64,000 nt of DNA from Fluviicola sp. (GTDB taxonomy: Bacteria; Bacteroidota; Bacteroidia; Flavobacteriales_D; Crocinitomicaceae): NCBI RefSeq assembly GCF_031260455.1, contig NZ_JAIRJW010000037.1; one strand, written 5' to 3'. The stretch's first letter is position 1. The number at the start of each line of letters is the position of its first letter. A program made the position numbers and the translations under genes. The notes below the pieces were generated by a model. It did no database searches and was not told the origin of the DNA. It was given only the letters and a program-made list of their open reading frames with translations. Positions 1 through 10,783 of this stretch are shown piece after piece.

Positions 1-168
1 CAGGGAACCGCAGGTGTAAGAAAAGGAATTTACCGCACAGGACTGGAAAATCCTGTTTTCGATGAGAACGGAAGAAGTGTGCTTTCCGTAGAGGACGTGG
101 CTGTCGCTCTGGCAGATGAACTGGAACAAAACAAGCACATCAGACAGCGTTTTACTGCAGCTTATTAA
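1..168 (+). CDS. 3' end of a CDS entering from the left edge (..[55 protein letters not shown]); possibly the tail of an NAD(P)H-binding NmrA/SDR-like oxidoreductase
   Basis: Frame 1 is open from base 1 to TAA at 166-168 and is followed by a hairpin terminator. The function is only a weak recollection of family C-termini. Confidence 0.35.
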   Translation, partial: QGTAGVRKGIYRTGLENPVFDENGRSVLSVEDVAVALADELEQNKHIRQRFTAAY

Positions 169-186
169 GTTCTAAAGAAAAATACG

Positions 187-220
187 AACGGGAAGACCAA
201 AAGAGCCTTCCCGTTTTATT
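187..220. terminator. Rho-independent-type hairpin between convergent genes
   Basis: AACGGGAAG (187-195) pairs with CTTCCCGTT (207-215) and is followed by TTATT. It sits between the + CDS ending at 168 and the - CDS ending at 290. Confidence 0.6.
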
Positions 221-289
221 CCCGCACTTACAAGTCTTTATATTAACTAGCCCTAAATAGTCGATACAGTTTTATAGACGTTTCCGTTC

Positions 290-1360
290 TTATTTCTTCA
301 TACTCTGCTTATAATACCTAAAATAATCGATTTCGAAGGCCATAGGGAAAACAGCATCTTTTTCCGATTCATTCTTGTTGTTATACTGCACCGCCAGATT
401 GAAACGCACATCCATCGTTTCCGTATCGGGCCAGAACCAGGCTTCATAAAGGTCATCCAGGTTTTTCGCTTCAGATCTGCAAGTGACCGGTTCGCCCTTC
501 CGGTTCACGAAATGCCAGGTGGTTCGCACTTTTTCCCCATCTATGTACCAGGATATTTTATAGTAATCCCATTCCAGGCCGTACACGTGGTAATCTGCAT
601 CCAGTCCCTGATCCGACCAGCTTTGTCCCTGGCATGGCTTGCAGAGATCGGTCGGGCAGGTAACATCGGTCGGAAATAATGCTTTATTCGAGTGAATATT
701 CCAGTGTGGATTTTTGGAAAGCCGGTTGGAATCATAGCTTCCCAGACAACTGCTTTCGTTCCAAAATTCAAAAATATCGATTTCGAAGGCAAAGCCGTCT
801 TTCCCCGAAAAAAGCCAAAATGCGGGCCACATTCCTTTTCCTTTGGGCAATTTACAGCGGGTTTCATAATAACCATAACCGAATTGCTTTTCCGATTCGA
901 TCCATGCTGAAGAATACTCAAAACTGGCCGTATCACGCGTTGGAGGGTTTACTGACCAGTCTGTAACATAGGAACCCACAATTGGCTTCGGTTCTTTCAC
1001 AGCGATCAGTTTCAACACACCGTTTTCTACCCGGATGTTGTTTGAAACGGAAGTTTCGGGAGTTTTTCCGGTATTTGCATACCATTGCTTCGATCCGCTG
1101 TTTGCAAAATCAAATCCGGCCAGGACTCCCTGGTACGGAAGCTTCCAATGGGAGTAATTCAGATCTTTTCCATCAAATGCATCCTCAAATTCCAGCACCC
1201 AGGCATTGTAACTACAGTCCGGAAAGTCCGTTTTTTCCAGAACCGGGCCGTAGATTCCTCCGTTGATCTTTTTTGTTTTTAAATACTTGTTCTTCTTTTG
1301 GGAAAAAGCATCCGGGGAAAGGAATAACGCTGCTGCAATCAGAATCAAAACGACTCTCAT
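290..1360 (-). CDS. Secreted glycoside hydrolase family 16 (beta-glucanase/laminarinase-like)
   Basis: GH16 catalytic signature E-x-D-x-x-E (AFEIDIFEF). The internal ATG at 1360 gives a clean signal peptide, MRVVLILIAAALFLSPDAFSQ. The longest ORF extends to 1420. Confidence 0.8.
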   Translation of the reverse strand: MRVVLILIAAALFLSPDAFSQKKNKYLKTKKINGGIYGPVLEKTDFPDCSYNAWVLEFEDAFDGKDLNYSHWKLPYQGVLAGFDFANSGSKQWYANTGKTPETSVSNNIRVENGVLKLIAVKEPKPIVGSYVTDWSVNPPTRDTASFEYSSAWIESEKQFGYGYYETRCKLPKGKGMWPAFWLFSGKDGFAFEIDIFEFWNESSCLGSYDSNRLSKNPHWNIHSNKALFPTDVTCPTDLCKPCQGQSWSDQGLDADYHVYGLEWDYYKISWYIDGEKVRTTWHFVNRKGEPVTCRSEAKNLDDLYEAWFWPDTETMDVRFNLAVQYNNKNESEKDAVFPMAFEIDYFRYYKQSMKK

Positions 1361-1447
1361 ATACGATGATTTAAAGATACACTTGCGTGAAAATACAAAA
1401 AAGGGAGTGACAAAAATCACCCCCTTTCGTTTCTGTATATTGAATTT

Positions 1448-3658
1448 TTAGCGGATAATTCCAATTTCAAGCAAAGCTCTGTTATCCATTACATTCAGTT
1501 TCTTTTGCAAAGCCTGTCTTGCAGAATTTGCAACCGAAGACTTAATCTGGCTCAGCAATTGCATTTTTTCGGCATCATAATTCGAAGCAGCAGGTGCTTT
1601 CACTGTTTTATTCAAACGGATCACATATATTCCGGACTGACCAATAGTTGCTTTCGAAGAAGCCTTATCCTTCAGTTTTCCAGAGAACAGTGCTCCTACT
1701 ACTTCCGGCTCATATCCTCCTCCCTGGATACTTGGGGAAGAGAAGGTCAGCTCAGCTTGTTTTACGTCAGTTTTTAACTTTTTAGCCAATGATTCCAGGT
1801 TTGTTACAGATCCCATCTTCTTCAGGATAGCATTTGCTTTTTTCTCATTCAATGCGTCCGTTCTCATACGCTCATAAGTATCGACCAATTCAGGAGCTCC
1901 TTTTTCACGGATAGAAGAAACAATTGCAATGATCAGGCGGTTGTCGTCCTGAATTGGTGAAGAACACAAATCTCCAACTTGTGCATCTTTTCGATATGCC
2001 ATTTCCAGAATAGCTTGTGCCGCCATTTTGGTAGCAAATCCCTGAACTTTAGGAGCTTCTTCAAACATACGCACTGGTCTGGAGTAATATCCTTCGTTAC
2101 GTGCAACCGTATCAAACAAACTAATTTTATCAGTAATATCTGATTTTTTGGAAAGATCTGTATCTATCTTTGATAAGATTGTATACGCCTTATCTTTCAA
2201 TTCCGCTTTGGTATCGGAAGATGCTTCCAGTGTTTTCTCTACCACTGCCAAAACAGGGAATTTTACATTATTCTTTCTGTCCAATACTTCGATGATATGG
2301 AATCCGAAGTCTGTCTGAACTACCCCGATCGTTCCGACCGGCTTATCTGTAGAGAATTTCGCAAACGGGGTAACCATTTCGTAATCCATAAAGTCCTCGT
2401 AAACACCTCCTTTATCTTTTGATCCCGGATCTTCGGAATATTTTTTCACAAATTCTTCAAAGTTGGTGTTGTTCACCACTTTCACCAAACTATCTGCCAG
2501 TTTCTTTGCAGATGCGATTTTTTTGGTATCTCCTTTCGGAGCTGAAATCAGGATGTGGCGTACTTTACAAACGGTAGTGTTGAAATCCATTACTTTTGCA
2601 ATACGTGTTTTCCCGTTATCATTATAAGGTCCTACCAACTGACCGATGGAAGCGGTTTTAAATACGGTATCCATTGCAACAGGATAAGTTAATCCCTGGC
2701 GTGCTTTTGGGTCACCTTCCGGACGGAAAGTCATCATATGCCCCGATGCATACATTCTCGGCAATTCGGAGTTCTGCAAGATAAACAGGGAATCGTTGGC
2801 GGAAGCTGCGAAGTTTTTCTTGATCTCAGCCAATTCCCTGTTGAATTTGGATGAGTCGGCCTTAGATGGTTGAATCGCAATATCGAAATACTTCACATCA
2901 CGCCCCGCCATTACCTGGTATTTCGGTTTATCTTTATTCTTTTCATAAAATGCCCGTACTTCCGCATCGGAAACTTTCAGCTGGTTTTCCGGAATATCGC
3001 GGTAAGCTCCCATCACATAAGAAATCGATTTGGATTCGTTCTTTGCGAGGTATTCGTTTTTCGCTTCCAGTTTCGTTACATAAGCTCCCTGACCCAAATA
3101 TTGGAAATACTTATCCTGCATACGCTGATTGCGAATCGCTTCTTTGGTTCTTTTCCAACCATCGATCGCGCCTGGATCTGTAGATTTCTCCTGATCCTGG
3201 ATGTATTTATCCAATTGGGCAGCATTAAACTGACCGGTAGTCGGGTTTGTAAATGCCTGCTGGATTTCCGGCAACAAGTTGAATCCTTCCTCACCGTAAA
3301 GGAATGCGGTAAGTTCCTTTTCAGAAACTGCCAAGCCCAGTGCTTCGTACTCACGCTTCATGATAATTTCGTCAACCGCGGCATTCCACGCTTTTTCTGC
3401 AGATTGCTCTGCATCGCGGTCCGTGTATTCACGTTGCTGCTGCTGAAACTGTTGTCTGTCGGAAAATTCAAACTGACGCAGCTTGGTATTGTAAACTGCC
3501 GTGTCAACTGCGTCTCCGTCAATTGTCCCCAGGTTTCCTCTGTCAGCAGAAGACCCCAGTTTATCGAATAATCCGGTAAGAATAAAAACTAAAAGAGCTA
3601 AACCAGTAATACCTACCAAAAGGTAACGCTGATCTCTGATTTTACCAATGATTGCCAT
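1448..3658 (-). CDS. PpiD-like periplasmic peptidyl-prolyl isomerase/chaperone (SurA-N plus parvulin domain)
   Basis: 736 aa with an N-terminal membrane anchor (LLVGITGLALLVFILTGLF). Parvulin-type segment VRHILISAP...FGFHIIEV. Confidence 0.8.
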   Translation of the reverse strand: MAIIGKIRDQRYLLVGITGLALLVFILTGLFDKLGSSADRGNLGTIDGDAVDTAVYNTKLRQFEFSDRQQFQQQQREYTDRDAEQSAEKAWNAAVDEIIMKREYEALGLAVSEKELTAFLYGEEGFNLLPEIQQAFTNPTTGQFNAAQLDKYIQDQEKSTDPGAIDGWKRTKEAIRNQRMQDKYFQYLGQGAYVTKLEAKNEYLAKNESKSISYVMGAYRDIPENQLKVSDAEVRAFYEKNKDKPKYQVMAGRDVKYFDIAIQPSKADSSKFNRELAEIKKNFAASANDSLFILQNSELPRMYASGHMMTFRPEGDPKARQGLTYPVAMDTVFKTASIGQLVGPYNDNGKTRIAKVMDFNTTVCKVRHILISAPKGDTKKIASAKKLADSLVKVVNNTNFEEFVKKYSEDPGSKDKGGVYEDFMDYEMVTPFAKFSTDKPVGTIGVVQTDFGFHIIEVLDRKNNVKFPVLAVVEKTLEASSDTKAELKDKAYTILSKIDTDLSKKSDITDKISLFDTVARNEGYYSRPVRMFEEAPKVQGFATKMAAQAILEMAYRKDAQVGDLCSSPIQDDNRLIIAIVSSIREKGAPELVDTYERMRTDALNEKKANAILKKMGSVTNLESLAKKLKTDVKQAELTFSSPSIQGGGYEPEVVGALFSGKLKDKASSKATIGQSGIYVIRLNKTVKAPAASNYDAEKMQLLSQIKSSVANSARQALQKKLNVMDNRALLEIGIIR

Positions 3659-3862
3659 TTTATATTTTCTTTTAAGGGTGCGAATATAATCAGTTGAGCC
3701 GACTTTTTAAATCTTTCAGCCTTTTTTTGTTGTTTAAGCTTCAATTATTTGTTTGATCTGTCCCGAAAAAAACGGCGTAAAAAAGTTAAAACCGGCCAAA
3801 AAGGAATCCAAAATGATATTTTATGTGTAATTCACTGAAAATTCGCATCATGAAGCAATTCC

Positions 3863-5869
3863 TTATTCTTTTGGAGGGTTGCTGTCCTTTCTTCTTGAAT
3901 GCATTTTTATTAGTGTTAAATTCGACAGATAGTCTTCCACTTCACGGACATGCACCATTGGGATGGAACAAATTCCCGCAGCACACACCGTTGCTTCAGC
4001 ATTATCCGAATAGCGCACCAATAAAAATGGTGAGCTTTGCTTTCTGAATACATTCCATTCTGCCGTTTCCGGGATAGTCAGCAAGCAAACTCCTTTCTGA
4101 AAGCGCAGCAGCAGCAATGCCCAATTGGAATAACCGGAACCGTATTGTTCCATCCCGTCAATGACATTCTGCAGCATTTGTTTCGACATGGCTTCGTATT
4201 CCATCTGATCGGTCAGCAATGAAAGTGTGAGTAAGTTATGTGCCATAATGCTGTTCGTAGACGGAATTACATTGTCGTTTATTTCCATTTTTCGCGCAAT
4301 CAGATCGTGACTATCCGGTGTGAAATAAAACATCCCGGATTGCGGATCGTGGAAATGCTTCACAGCGTACGCGCAAAGTGATGCCGCAAAATGCAATTCT
4401 TCAGCATTTCCCGTTACCTGGTACAAACTCAGAAAAGCCTGAATGGTAGCCGCATAATCATCCAGGAATCCTCCGATAAAGGAGCGTCTGTTTTGCCTTG
4501 TATGCCACAGCTGAAAATCATTTTCAACCTGGTAAACTCTGATCCAGCGCGCCTGTTGCAATGCCAGTTTCAGGTAACTGTGATCTTCTGTCGCTTTGAA
4601 TGCTTCTACCAAACCCGTAATCGTTAAAGCATTCCATGCCGTTAAACATTTGATATCCGTTGCCGGAGCAACACGTTTTCTGCGAATATGCAACAAGGTA
4701 TCCAACTGATCCTGGATTTTCGCAACGGTAACCGCCGGATGCTTCTCACAGAATTCTTCCCAGGTTTCATTTCGCAACAAGACCCATTGCCCACGCTCCC
4801 AATACCCTTTGTTTCCGGGATTGTACAAAGACCAGAACCAGGATGCGTTTTCACCCAGTGCAGCTTCTATTTCGGGTAGTGTCCAAACGTAGTATTTCCC
4901 TTCCGCTCCCTCCGAATCTGCGTCCTGCGAAGCAAACAAACCACCCTCTTCACTCAGCATTTCCCGTTCGAGCCACCTGAGCGTCTGATCCAGAACCCGC
5001 TTGTATTCTGGCAGGTTTGTTTCGCGGTAAGCCCGGGCATATACTCCGAGCAATTGCCCGTTATCGTACAACATTTTCTCAAAATGCGGAATTTTCCACA
5101 ATAAATCAACTGAATAACGCGAAAAACCACCTCCAAGCTGATCGTAAATTCCACCCAATGCCATTTTCCGCAAGGTCAGATTGGTATATTCTGTTATTGC
5201 TGTGTTTTTCTCCAGGATTCCGTAATGAAGCAAAAACTCCAGGTTACCTGGCAACGGAAATTTCGGTGCATTTGCAGGTCCTCCTTCTATCAGGTCCATT
5301 CGTTGCTGCCAGCGACGCACCAATTCCGGGAGTTTGTCTTCCGGAAACGGTTTGACTGGTTCTGCAACGGTAATCCAATCCGATTGCTGCACGCCATCGC
5401 TCAGTTCACTGGCATATTCGAAAACCTTTTGAGGTTCATTCCGATAGGTATGTTCCAGCGAACGCAATACGTGCATCCATTGTTCTTTTGGAAAATAAGT
5501 GCCTCCGTAAACCGGCTTTCCGTTCGGGATCGTAAAACAATTCAAAGGCCAGCCACCTCGTTGCGTCATCAGTTGCACAGCCGTCATATAAACCTGATCC
5601 ACATCCGGTCGCTCTTCCCTGTCGACTTTGATACAAACAAAATACTTGTTCATCAATGCCGCCACTTCCTCATCTTCAAAGCATTCGTGTTCCATTACGT
5701 GACACCAATGGCAGGCAGAATAACCAACTGAAATTAATACCAGTTTGTTTTCTTTCTCTGCTCGTTCAAAAGCCGCTTTCGACCAGGGAACCCAATTAAC
5801 GGGATTGTGTGCATGCTGCTGCAAATAAAGACTGCTTTCATGAATGAGTTCGTTTGTGTATTCCTCCAT
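3863..5869 (-). CDS. Thioredoxin-domain protein, DUF255/YyaL family (thioredoxin fold plus six-hairpin epimerase-like domain)
   Basis: Hallmark N-terminal motif [20 protein letters not shown]. The 668 aa length is typical of the family. Confidence 0.8.
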   Translation of the reverse strand: MEEYTNELIHESSLYLQQHAHNPVNWVPWSKAAFERAEKENKLVLISVGYSACHWCHVMEHECFEDEEVAALMNKYFVCIKVDREERPDVDQVYMTAVQLMTQRGGWPLNCFTIPNGKPVYGGTYFPKEQWMHVLRSLEHTYRNEPQKVFEYASELSDGVQQSDWITVAEPVKPFPEDKLPELVRRWQQRMDLIEGGPANAPKFPLPGNLEFLLHYGILEKNTAITEYTNLTLRKMALGGIYDQLGGGFSRYSVDLLWKIPHFEKMLYDNGQLLGVYARAYRETNLPEYKRVLDQTLRWLEREMLSEEGGLFASQDADSEGAEGKYYVWTLPEIEAALGENASWFWSLYNPGNKGYWERGQWVLLRNETWEEFCEKHPAVTVAKIQDQLDTLLHIRRKRVAPATDIKCLTAWNALTITGLVEAFKATEDHSYLKLALQQARWIRVYQVENDFQLWHTRQNRRSFIGGFLDDYAATIQAFLSLYQVTGNAEELHFAASLCAYAVKHFHDPQSGMFYFTPDSHDLIARKMEINDNVIPSTNSIMAHNLLTLSLLTDQMEYEAMSKQMLQNVIDGMEQYGSGYSNWALLLLRFQKGVCLLTIPETAEWNVFRKQSSPFLLVRYSDNAEATVCAAGICSIPMVHVREVEDYLSNLTLIKMHSRRKDSNPPKE

Positions 5870-6110
5870 TATTTAAAGGTACGAATAGTGAGGGAATGAA
5901 GCTCGTTGGAATGGGATTCGGGAATTGCATCGAATTGCAGAATGCATCTGAATCCCTCTGAAATCAGGGATTCTACACAATTTTATAAATTTGTAATTTT
6001 GTGTTTTCAGAGCCACATTTCTGACAATGAGAGATGTCTCCCAATAAATCAGATAATCCCCTAACGGTCACGGATAATAAACAATCAAATTGTCTATTTC
6101 CAATTTGGAT

Positions 6111-6118
6111 TAATTTTG
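6111..6118 (+). promoter_or_regulatory. Bacteroidota-type -7 promoter box TAATTTTG
   Basis: Matches the TAnnTTTG consensus 18 nt upstream of the GTG start at 6137. Confidence 0.35.
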
Positions 6119-6136
6119 TAGCTCATTTTAAGAACA

Positions 6137-7612
6137 GTGAAACAACTACAACCAGTTTATATACTTATTTATCTTGCCGGAATCCTGGTTTTGCTAACCG
6201 GAATCAGCTTTTTGGTGAAAGGCGATAAAATCGACCTGTTCGGTACCGAACTTCGCTTTTTGTCGTTCAATGAAGCCCTGACCCCACCCAAACCGGTAGA
6301 GAAAAAAGATATTACCAGTATTGTCCAGGTTGATACCGTAAATATTGAAGGAGCAACCGCCGACACAACTATTAAAAATACGTTTGAATCGGACGGTAAA
6401 ATGGGAGCACCTGCTGGAGGAACTTTGGCTGCTGAAGCCTCAACCAGCATTCAGTCTACGGAAAAAGGACTAACCGACCTGCATGCGTTTTTTGAAAAAC
6501 TGGAAGAAGTTTCCAAAGGAAAAAAAGTCCGTGTGCTTCACTACGGGGATTCACAGATCGAAGGTGACCGGATGACTTCGTATATTCGTCAGCGCTTACA
6601 AACACAATTCGGAGGGTTCGGACCGGGAACCATCCCCGCCAAAAACGAATACAATACCATTACCTTTAAACAAACCTGTTCACCCAATTTCACCCGCTAC
6701 ACAGCCTTTGGCGGAGCGAGCCTGAAATCGCGCAAATACGGATCAATGAATACCGCAGCACGTTTTACGGCTGAAATGGACAGTGCTCAAATGGCCGGAG
6801 CGACCAGCATCAAAGAAGCATTCATCGAAATCGAACCGGCCAAAACGGCTTATTCGCGTGCACGGGAATACAATCACGCAAAAATGTTCTACACCAGCTG
6901 TTTCAAGCCTTGTAAGATCAAAGTTTACAATGGAAAGGAATTGATTCACGAAGACAGCCTGGAAAACGACGGAAAATATCACATACTCTCATTGGAATTT
7001 CCTTCCACACCCAGCAAATTGCGTTACGAATTTTCTGCTTCGGTAAGTCCAACCATCATCGGCTTTTCCCTGGAAAGTGATTACGGGGTGTTTGTAGACA
7101 ATATCGGGATGCGCGGATCAAGCGGAACGTTCTTCGGGAAAATCGACCAGAGTATTGCCTCTAAAATGTATGCCGACCTCAACGTGGAAATGGTTATCAT
7201 GCAGTTCGGGGGAAACGGCGTTCCGTATATGAGTGATTCCTCTTCCGTTCGCAGATATGCCGATCAGTTCAAAGGCCAGTTGCGTACACTGAAAAAACTA
7301 CGTCCTTCCGCATCCGTGATGGTTATCGGACCGAGCGATATGTCGATGCAAAGTACCAACGGGCGCGTAACCTATAAAATGCTTCCTTTCCTTGTAAAGG
7401 AAATGACGCACGCTTCCAAAGAAGCCGGGGCTTGTTACTGGGATTTGTTTAGTGCCATGGGTGGAGAAAATTCCATGCCGAGCTGGGTTGAAAAAGGATT
7501 AGCCGGAAATGATTACATCCACTTTACAAACCGGGGAGCAAGTATTGCCTCACAGCTCTTTTTCGACGCGCTGGCAGCCGAGTATGTCAAATGGAAACAG
7601 GGAGCCCGGTGA
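6137..7612 (+). CDS. Membrane-anchored SGNH/GDSL-type hydrolase or acyltransferase
   Basis: GTG start and N-terminal TM helix. SGNH block I (VLHYGDSQIEGD) and block V (NDYIHFT). Linked to a second SGNH-like gene and an MBOAT gene. Confidence 0.7.
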   Translation: MKQLQPVYILIYLAGILVLLTGISFLVKGDKIDLFGTELRFLSFNEALTPPKPVEKKDITSIVQVDTVNIEGATADTTIKNTFESDGKMGAPAGGTLAAEASTSIQSTEKGLTDLHAFFEKLEEVSKGKKVRVLHYGDSQIEGDRMTSYIRQRLQTQFGGFGPGTIPAKNEYNTITFKQTCSPNFTRYTAFGGASLKSRKYGSMNTAARFTAEMDSAQMAGATSIKEAFIEIEPAKTAYSRAREYNHAKMFYTSCFKPCKIKVYNGKELIHEDSLENDGKYHILSLEFPSTPSKLRYEFSASVSPTIIGFSLESDYGVFVDNIGMRGSSGTFFGKIDQSIASKMYADLNVEMVIMQFGGNGVPYMSDSSSVRRYADQFKGQLRTLKKLRPSASVMVIGPSDMSMQSTNGRVTYKMLPFLVKEMTHASKEAGACYWDLFSAMGGENSMPSWVEKGLAGNDYIHFTNRGASIASQLFFDALAAEYVKWKQGAR

Positions 7613-7646
7613 AAAGGCATGCCCATTGCTCAAATCGAATGCTTGG

Positions 7647-8966
7647 ATGAAGATTAGTGTTTATATGATAGTGTTATTTCTTTCGCTTATTGCCTGCAAC
7701 AGTCAGTCGCAAGTGGAAATCATACACGAGAAAGCACCTCTCGACACCTATACTTATCCCCTCTTCCATCAACTCGATACCAACCTGAAGCACCGCTATC
7801 CCTTTATCCGTTTTGAAACCAATAATTTCCGGTTTTATTCAGCTCAAAGTCCCAGCTGGGAGCACTTGTATCAGGATTTCCAGAATATGGTCAACGAAAA
7901 GAACTGCAAACTGAATTTCTATCACATCGGAGGTTCGCATTTGCAGGCTGATATATATACTCACGATATTCGCACCTATTTGCAAACGCATTGGACGGAT
8001 GTTCCGGGAGAACGCGGATTGATTTTCCCGTTTGACCTGGCACATACCAACAACCCGCGGAATTACGAGTTTCATTCCAAAAATCATTGGACAGCTTACA
8101 GAAGTGTGAATTTCCATCATCCGGAAGAATTTGATTTCGGTTTGCTTGGAGCAGTCATTGAAACGCCGGATTCCATCGTGGAAATTTCATTCAATTACGA
8201 CAAAACAAAGGTAAAACCCGGATTTACACGGCTTCGCGTGTATCATAACAAGGGCGTTTTCCCATACGAACTGAATTTCGGACCGGACGAAATCCTGATC
8301 GTCAACCAATTCCGGAACGAAGCCTTAGGCTATACGGAAACTATTTTCACGGACCCGGTTGATACCTTTAACCTGCAGTTCACCAAACTGATTGATGTAC
8401 CGTACAAATTGCAAATTCATGCTGTTCAGCTGAGCAATACTTCTCCGGGAATTTCCTACACAACCATCGGGATCAATGGCGCAGGTTTGTATACCTACCT
8501 TGCCAATAAGAACTTCGAAGAACAATTAAAAGAATCACCACCGGATTTCTTCGCCTTTTCCGTAGGAACGAACGATGCGAACGTGCCCTATGCTGCTTTT
8601 GACCCGGAAGTTTACAAACAAAACCTCGAAGCAATGATGCAGGAAGTGCTCCTGGCAAACCCGGATTGTGCCATTCTGCTGACTGTTCCGAATGATGCCG
8701 GGTACAAAAAAAAATATCTCAACAAAAATGTTGCCCGCGAGCGGGAAGTAATCATCGAGCTGGCCAGGAAATACCAGTGCCCGGTTTGGGACATGTACGG
8801 AATCATGGGCGAACTCGGTTCATCCCGGACCTGGAAAGCTCATGAACTCATGAGGTCCGACCTGATTCACTTTACAGCTCCTGGTTATCATTTGAAAGCG
8901 GATCTGTTCATCGATGCATTTGAAAAATGGCTCGAACAAATGCAAAAAAGAAAATACATCAATTAA
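7647..8966 (+). CDS. SGNH/GDSL-like lipoprotein (second esterase/acyltransferase of the cassette)
   Basis: The internal ATG at 7647 gives a lipoprotein-like signal, MKISVYMIVLFLSLIACNS. Motifs FSVGTNDA and SDLIHFT. The longest ORF (from 7509) would overlap the upstream gene by 104 nt. Confidence 0.65.
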   Translation: MKISVYMIVLFLSLIACNSQSQVEIIHEKAPLDTYTYPLFHQLDTNLKHRYPFIRFETNNFRFYSAQSPSWEHLYQDFQNMVNEKNCKLNFYHIGGSHLQADIYTHDIRTYLQTHWTDVPGERGLIFPFDLAHTNNPRNYEFHSKNHWTAYRSVNFHHPEEFDFGLLGAVIETPDSIVEISFNYDKTKVKPGFTRLRVYHNKGVFPYELNFGPDEILIVNQFRNEALGYTETIFTDPVDTFNLQFTKLIDVPYKLQIHAVQLSNTSPGISYTTIGINGAGLYTYLANKNFEEQLKESPPDFFAFSVGTNDANVPYAAFDPEVYKQNLEAMMQEVLLANPDCAILLTVPNDAGYKKKYLNKNVAREREVIIELARKYQCPVWDMYGIMGELGSSRTWKAHELMRSDLIHFTAPGYHLKADLFIDAFEKWLEQMQKRKYIN

Positions 8967-8984
8967 ACTGTTTTAATCCCTCTT

Positions 8985-10652
8985 ATGGAATCGTTGCACC
9001 GTATTTTTAGCTTCACACACATGTCGGCAGATGACTTGGCATTCAATCGCCTCGACTTCTGGATCTTCTTCCTGGCATTCATGGTGCTTTTCAGTTTTCT
9101 CCACAAAAACCAGTTGGTGCGCAGTATGTTCATTACGATAATGAGCCTGTTTTTGTACTTCAAAACCTCCGGATTCTTCGTCACACTTCTGGCACTTTCC
9201 GTAACAGTCAACTTCCTGCTGGGGAAATGGATTTTCCGGGTTAAAAGCTCAGCTGGAAGAAAATGGATCATTACGTTTTCCGCAATATTTAACTTATTTT
9301 TCCTGGGATTCTTCAAATATGCCCATTTTTTCACCGATTCGTTCAACAAGATGTTCCACACAGATTATGAGATCTTTAACACTTTTGCACAATGGGGAAA
9401 CGGATTTTTTGGCGACGGAACTTTTGAAACAACGATCCTGCTTCCGGCAGGAGTGAGTTTCTTCACGTTCCAATCCATCAGCTATGTGGTCGATATTTAC
9501 CGGAAGGAAATCAAACCGGTGAAAAACTATTGGGATTATGCATTCTATGTGACTTATTTTCCGCACGTGTTAATGGGTCCGATCGTACGGGCACGTGATT
9601 TCATTCCTCAGATCTACCAGAAGTTCCATCTGACTAAAAAAGAATTCGGAGAATCTGTTTTTCTGATCATGAAAGGATTGTTCAAGAAAATCGTCCTGGC
9701 AGATTTCATAGCGACACATTTTATCAATTCGGTGGTTGACAATCCCGGAAATTACCCCGGCTATTGGAGTGTCATTGCCATGTGGGGATATTCCCTGCAG
9801 ATCTATGGCGATTTTTCCGGGTACACAGACATTGCAATCGGGATCTCAAAACTGATGGGTTTCGAACTGTTACCGAATTTTAATTCACCCTACAAAGCAA
9901 ACAGTGTGGCAGATTTCTGGCGCAGGTGGCACAAATCACTGGGTTCCTGGCTAAAGGATTACCTGTACATTCCATTGGGAGGAAATAAGAAAGGAACGGC
10001 TGGAACTTACATTGCCATCATTGTCATTTTCATTTTCCTGATCTTCATTACCGGCTGGTACGAATTGATCTTTGTCTATGCAGGTTTGATGAGTTTATAT
10101 GGGATCGCCATCCTGATCAGTCCGAAAGCAAAAACCTTCATGCACCGTGACCTGAACCTGCTTATTACCATGATTCTTGGCGGATTGTGGCACGGAGCTT
10201 CTCAAAACTTTGTGATCTGGGGAGCGATGAACGGCTTGGCACTGGTAATATACAACCACTGGAAAAAGATCTCTCCGTATGAGAAAAGTTCCCGGTGGAT
10301 TGTCCATTTCTGGAAAATCCTGATCACTTTCAACTTCATCACGTTCACGCGGATCTGGTTCCGCCTGAAAACAGAAGGTGCACCGAACAACATGCTTGAT
10401 CGCATTTTCAATCATTTTAATTTCCAGTGGGACACTTTCCAGGCGCTGACAAATACCTATTATCCGGTATTGCTAATCATGCTTTTGGGCTTTTTCATCC
10501 ATTGGATGCCGCAGAAGTGGAAAAATTTCATGGTTTCATATTTTGTGAAAACGCCGATGATTTTGCAAATGGCAATTATTGCTGTTTTCATCGTAATCCT
10601 CTACCAGGCAGCTTCCGATTCCTTCCAACCTTTCGTATATTTGGAGTTCTAA
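8985..10652 (+). CDS. MBOAT-family membrane O-acyltransferase (AlgI/DltB/PatA-like)
   Basis: Polytopic membrane protein with WRRWHKSLGSWLKDYLYIPLGGN and the invariant His context GGLWHGASQNFVIWG. Confidence 0.85.
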   Translation: MESLHRIFSFTHMSADDLAFNRLDFWIFFLAFMVLFSFLHKNQLVRSMFITIMSLFLYFKTSGFFVTLLALSVTVNFLLGKWIFRVKSSAGRKWIITFSAIFNLFFLGFFKYAHFFTDSFNKMFHTDYEIFNTFAQWGNGFFGDGTFETTILLPAGVSFFTFQSISYVVDIYRKEIKPVKNYWDYAFYVTYFPHVLMGPIVRARDFIPQIYQKFHLTKKEFGESVFLIMKGLFKKIVLADFIATHFINSVVDNPGNYPGYWSVIAMWGYSLQIYGDFSGYTDIAIGISKLMGFELLPNFNSPYKANSVADFWRRWHKSLGSWLKDYLYIPLGGNKKGTAGTYIAIIVIFIFLIFITGWYELIFVYAGLMSLYGIAILISPKAKTFMHRDLNLLITMILGGLWHGASQNFVIWGAMNGLALVIYNHWKKISPYEKSSRWIVHFWKILITFNFITFTRIWFRLKTEGAPNNMLDRIFNHFNFQWDTFQALTNTYYPVLLIMLLGFFIHWMPQKWKNFMVSYFVKTPMILQMAIIAVFIVILYQAASDSFQPFVYLEF

Positions 10653-10783
10653 AAACAGTGTAAAAAAGTTGAAAAAGCAGAAAAGTGCAAACGGTTTGAC
10701 GGGCTTAAAGTCACTTTTGAACTTTTATATATCCGGAAAAATATAGGAGTTTCTTAAAAAACTGGCATAAGACATCTAAAAAT

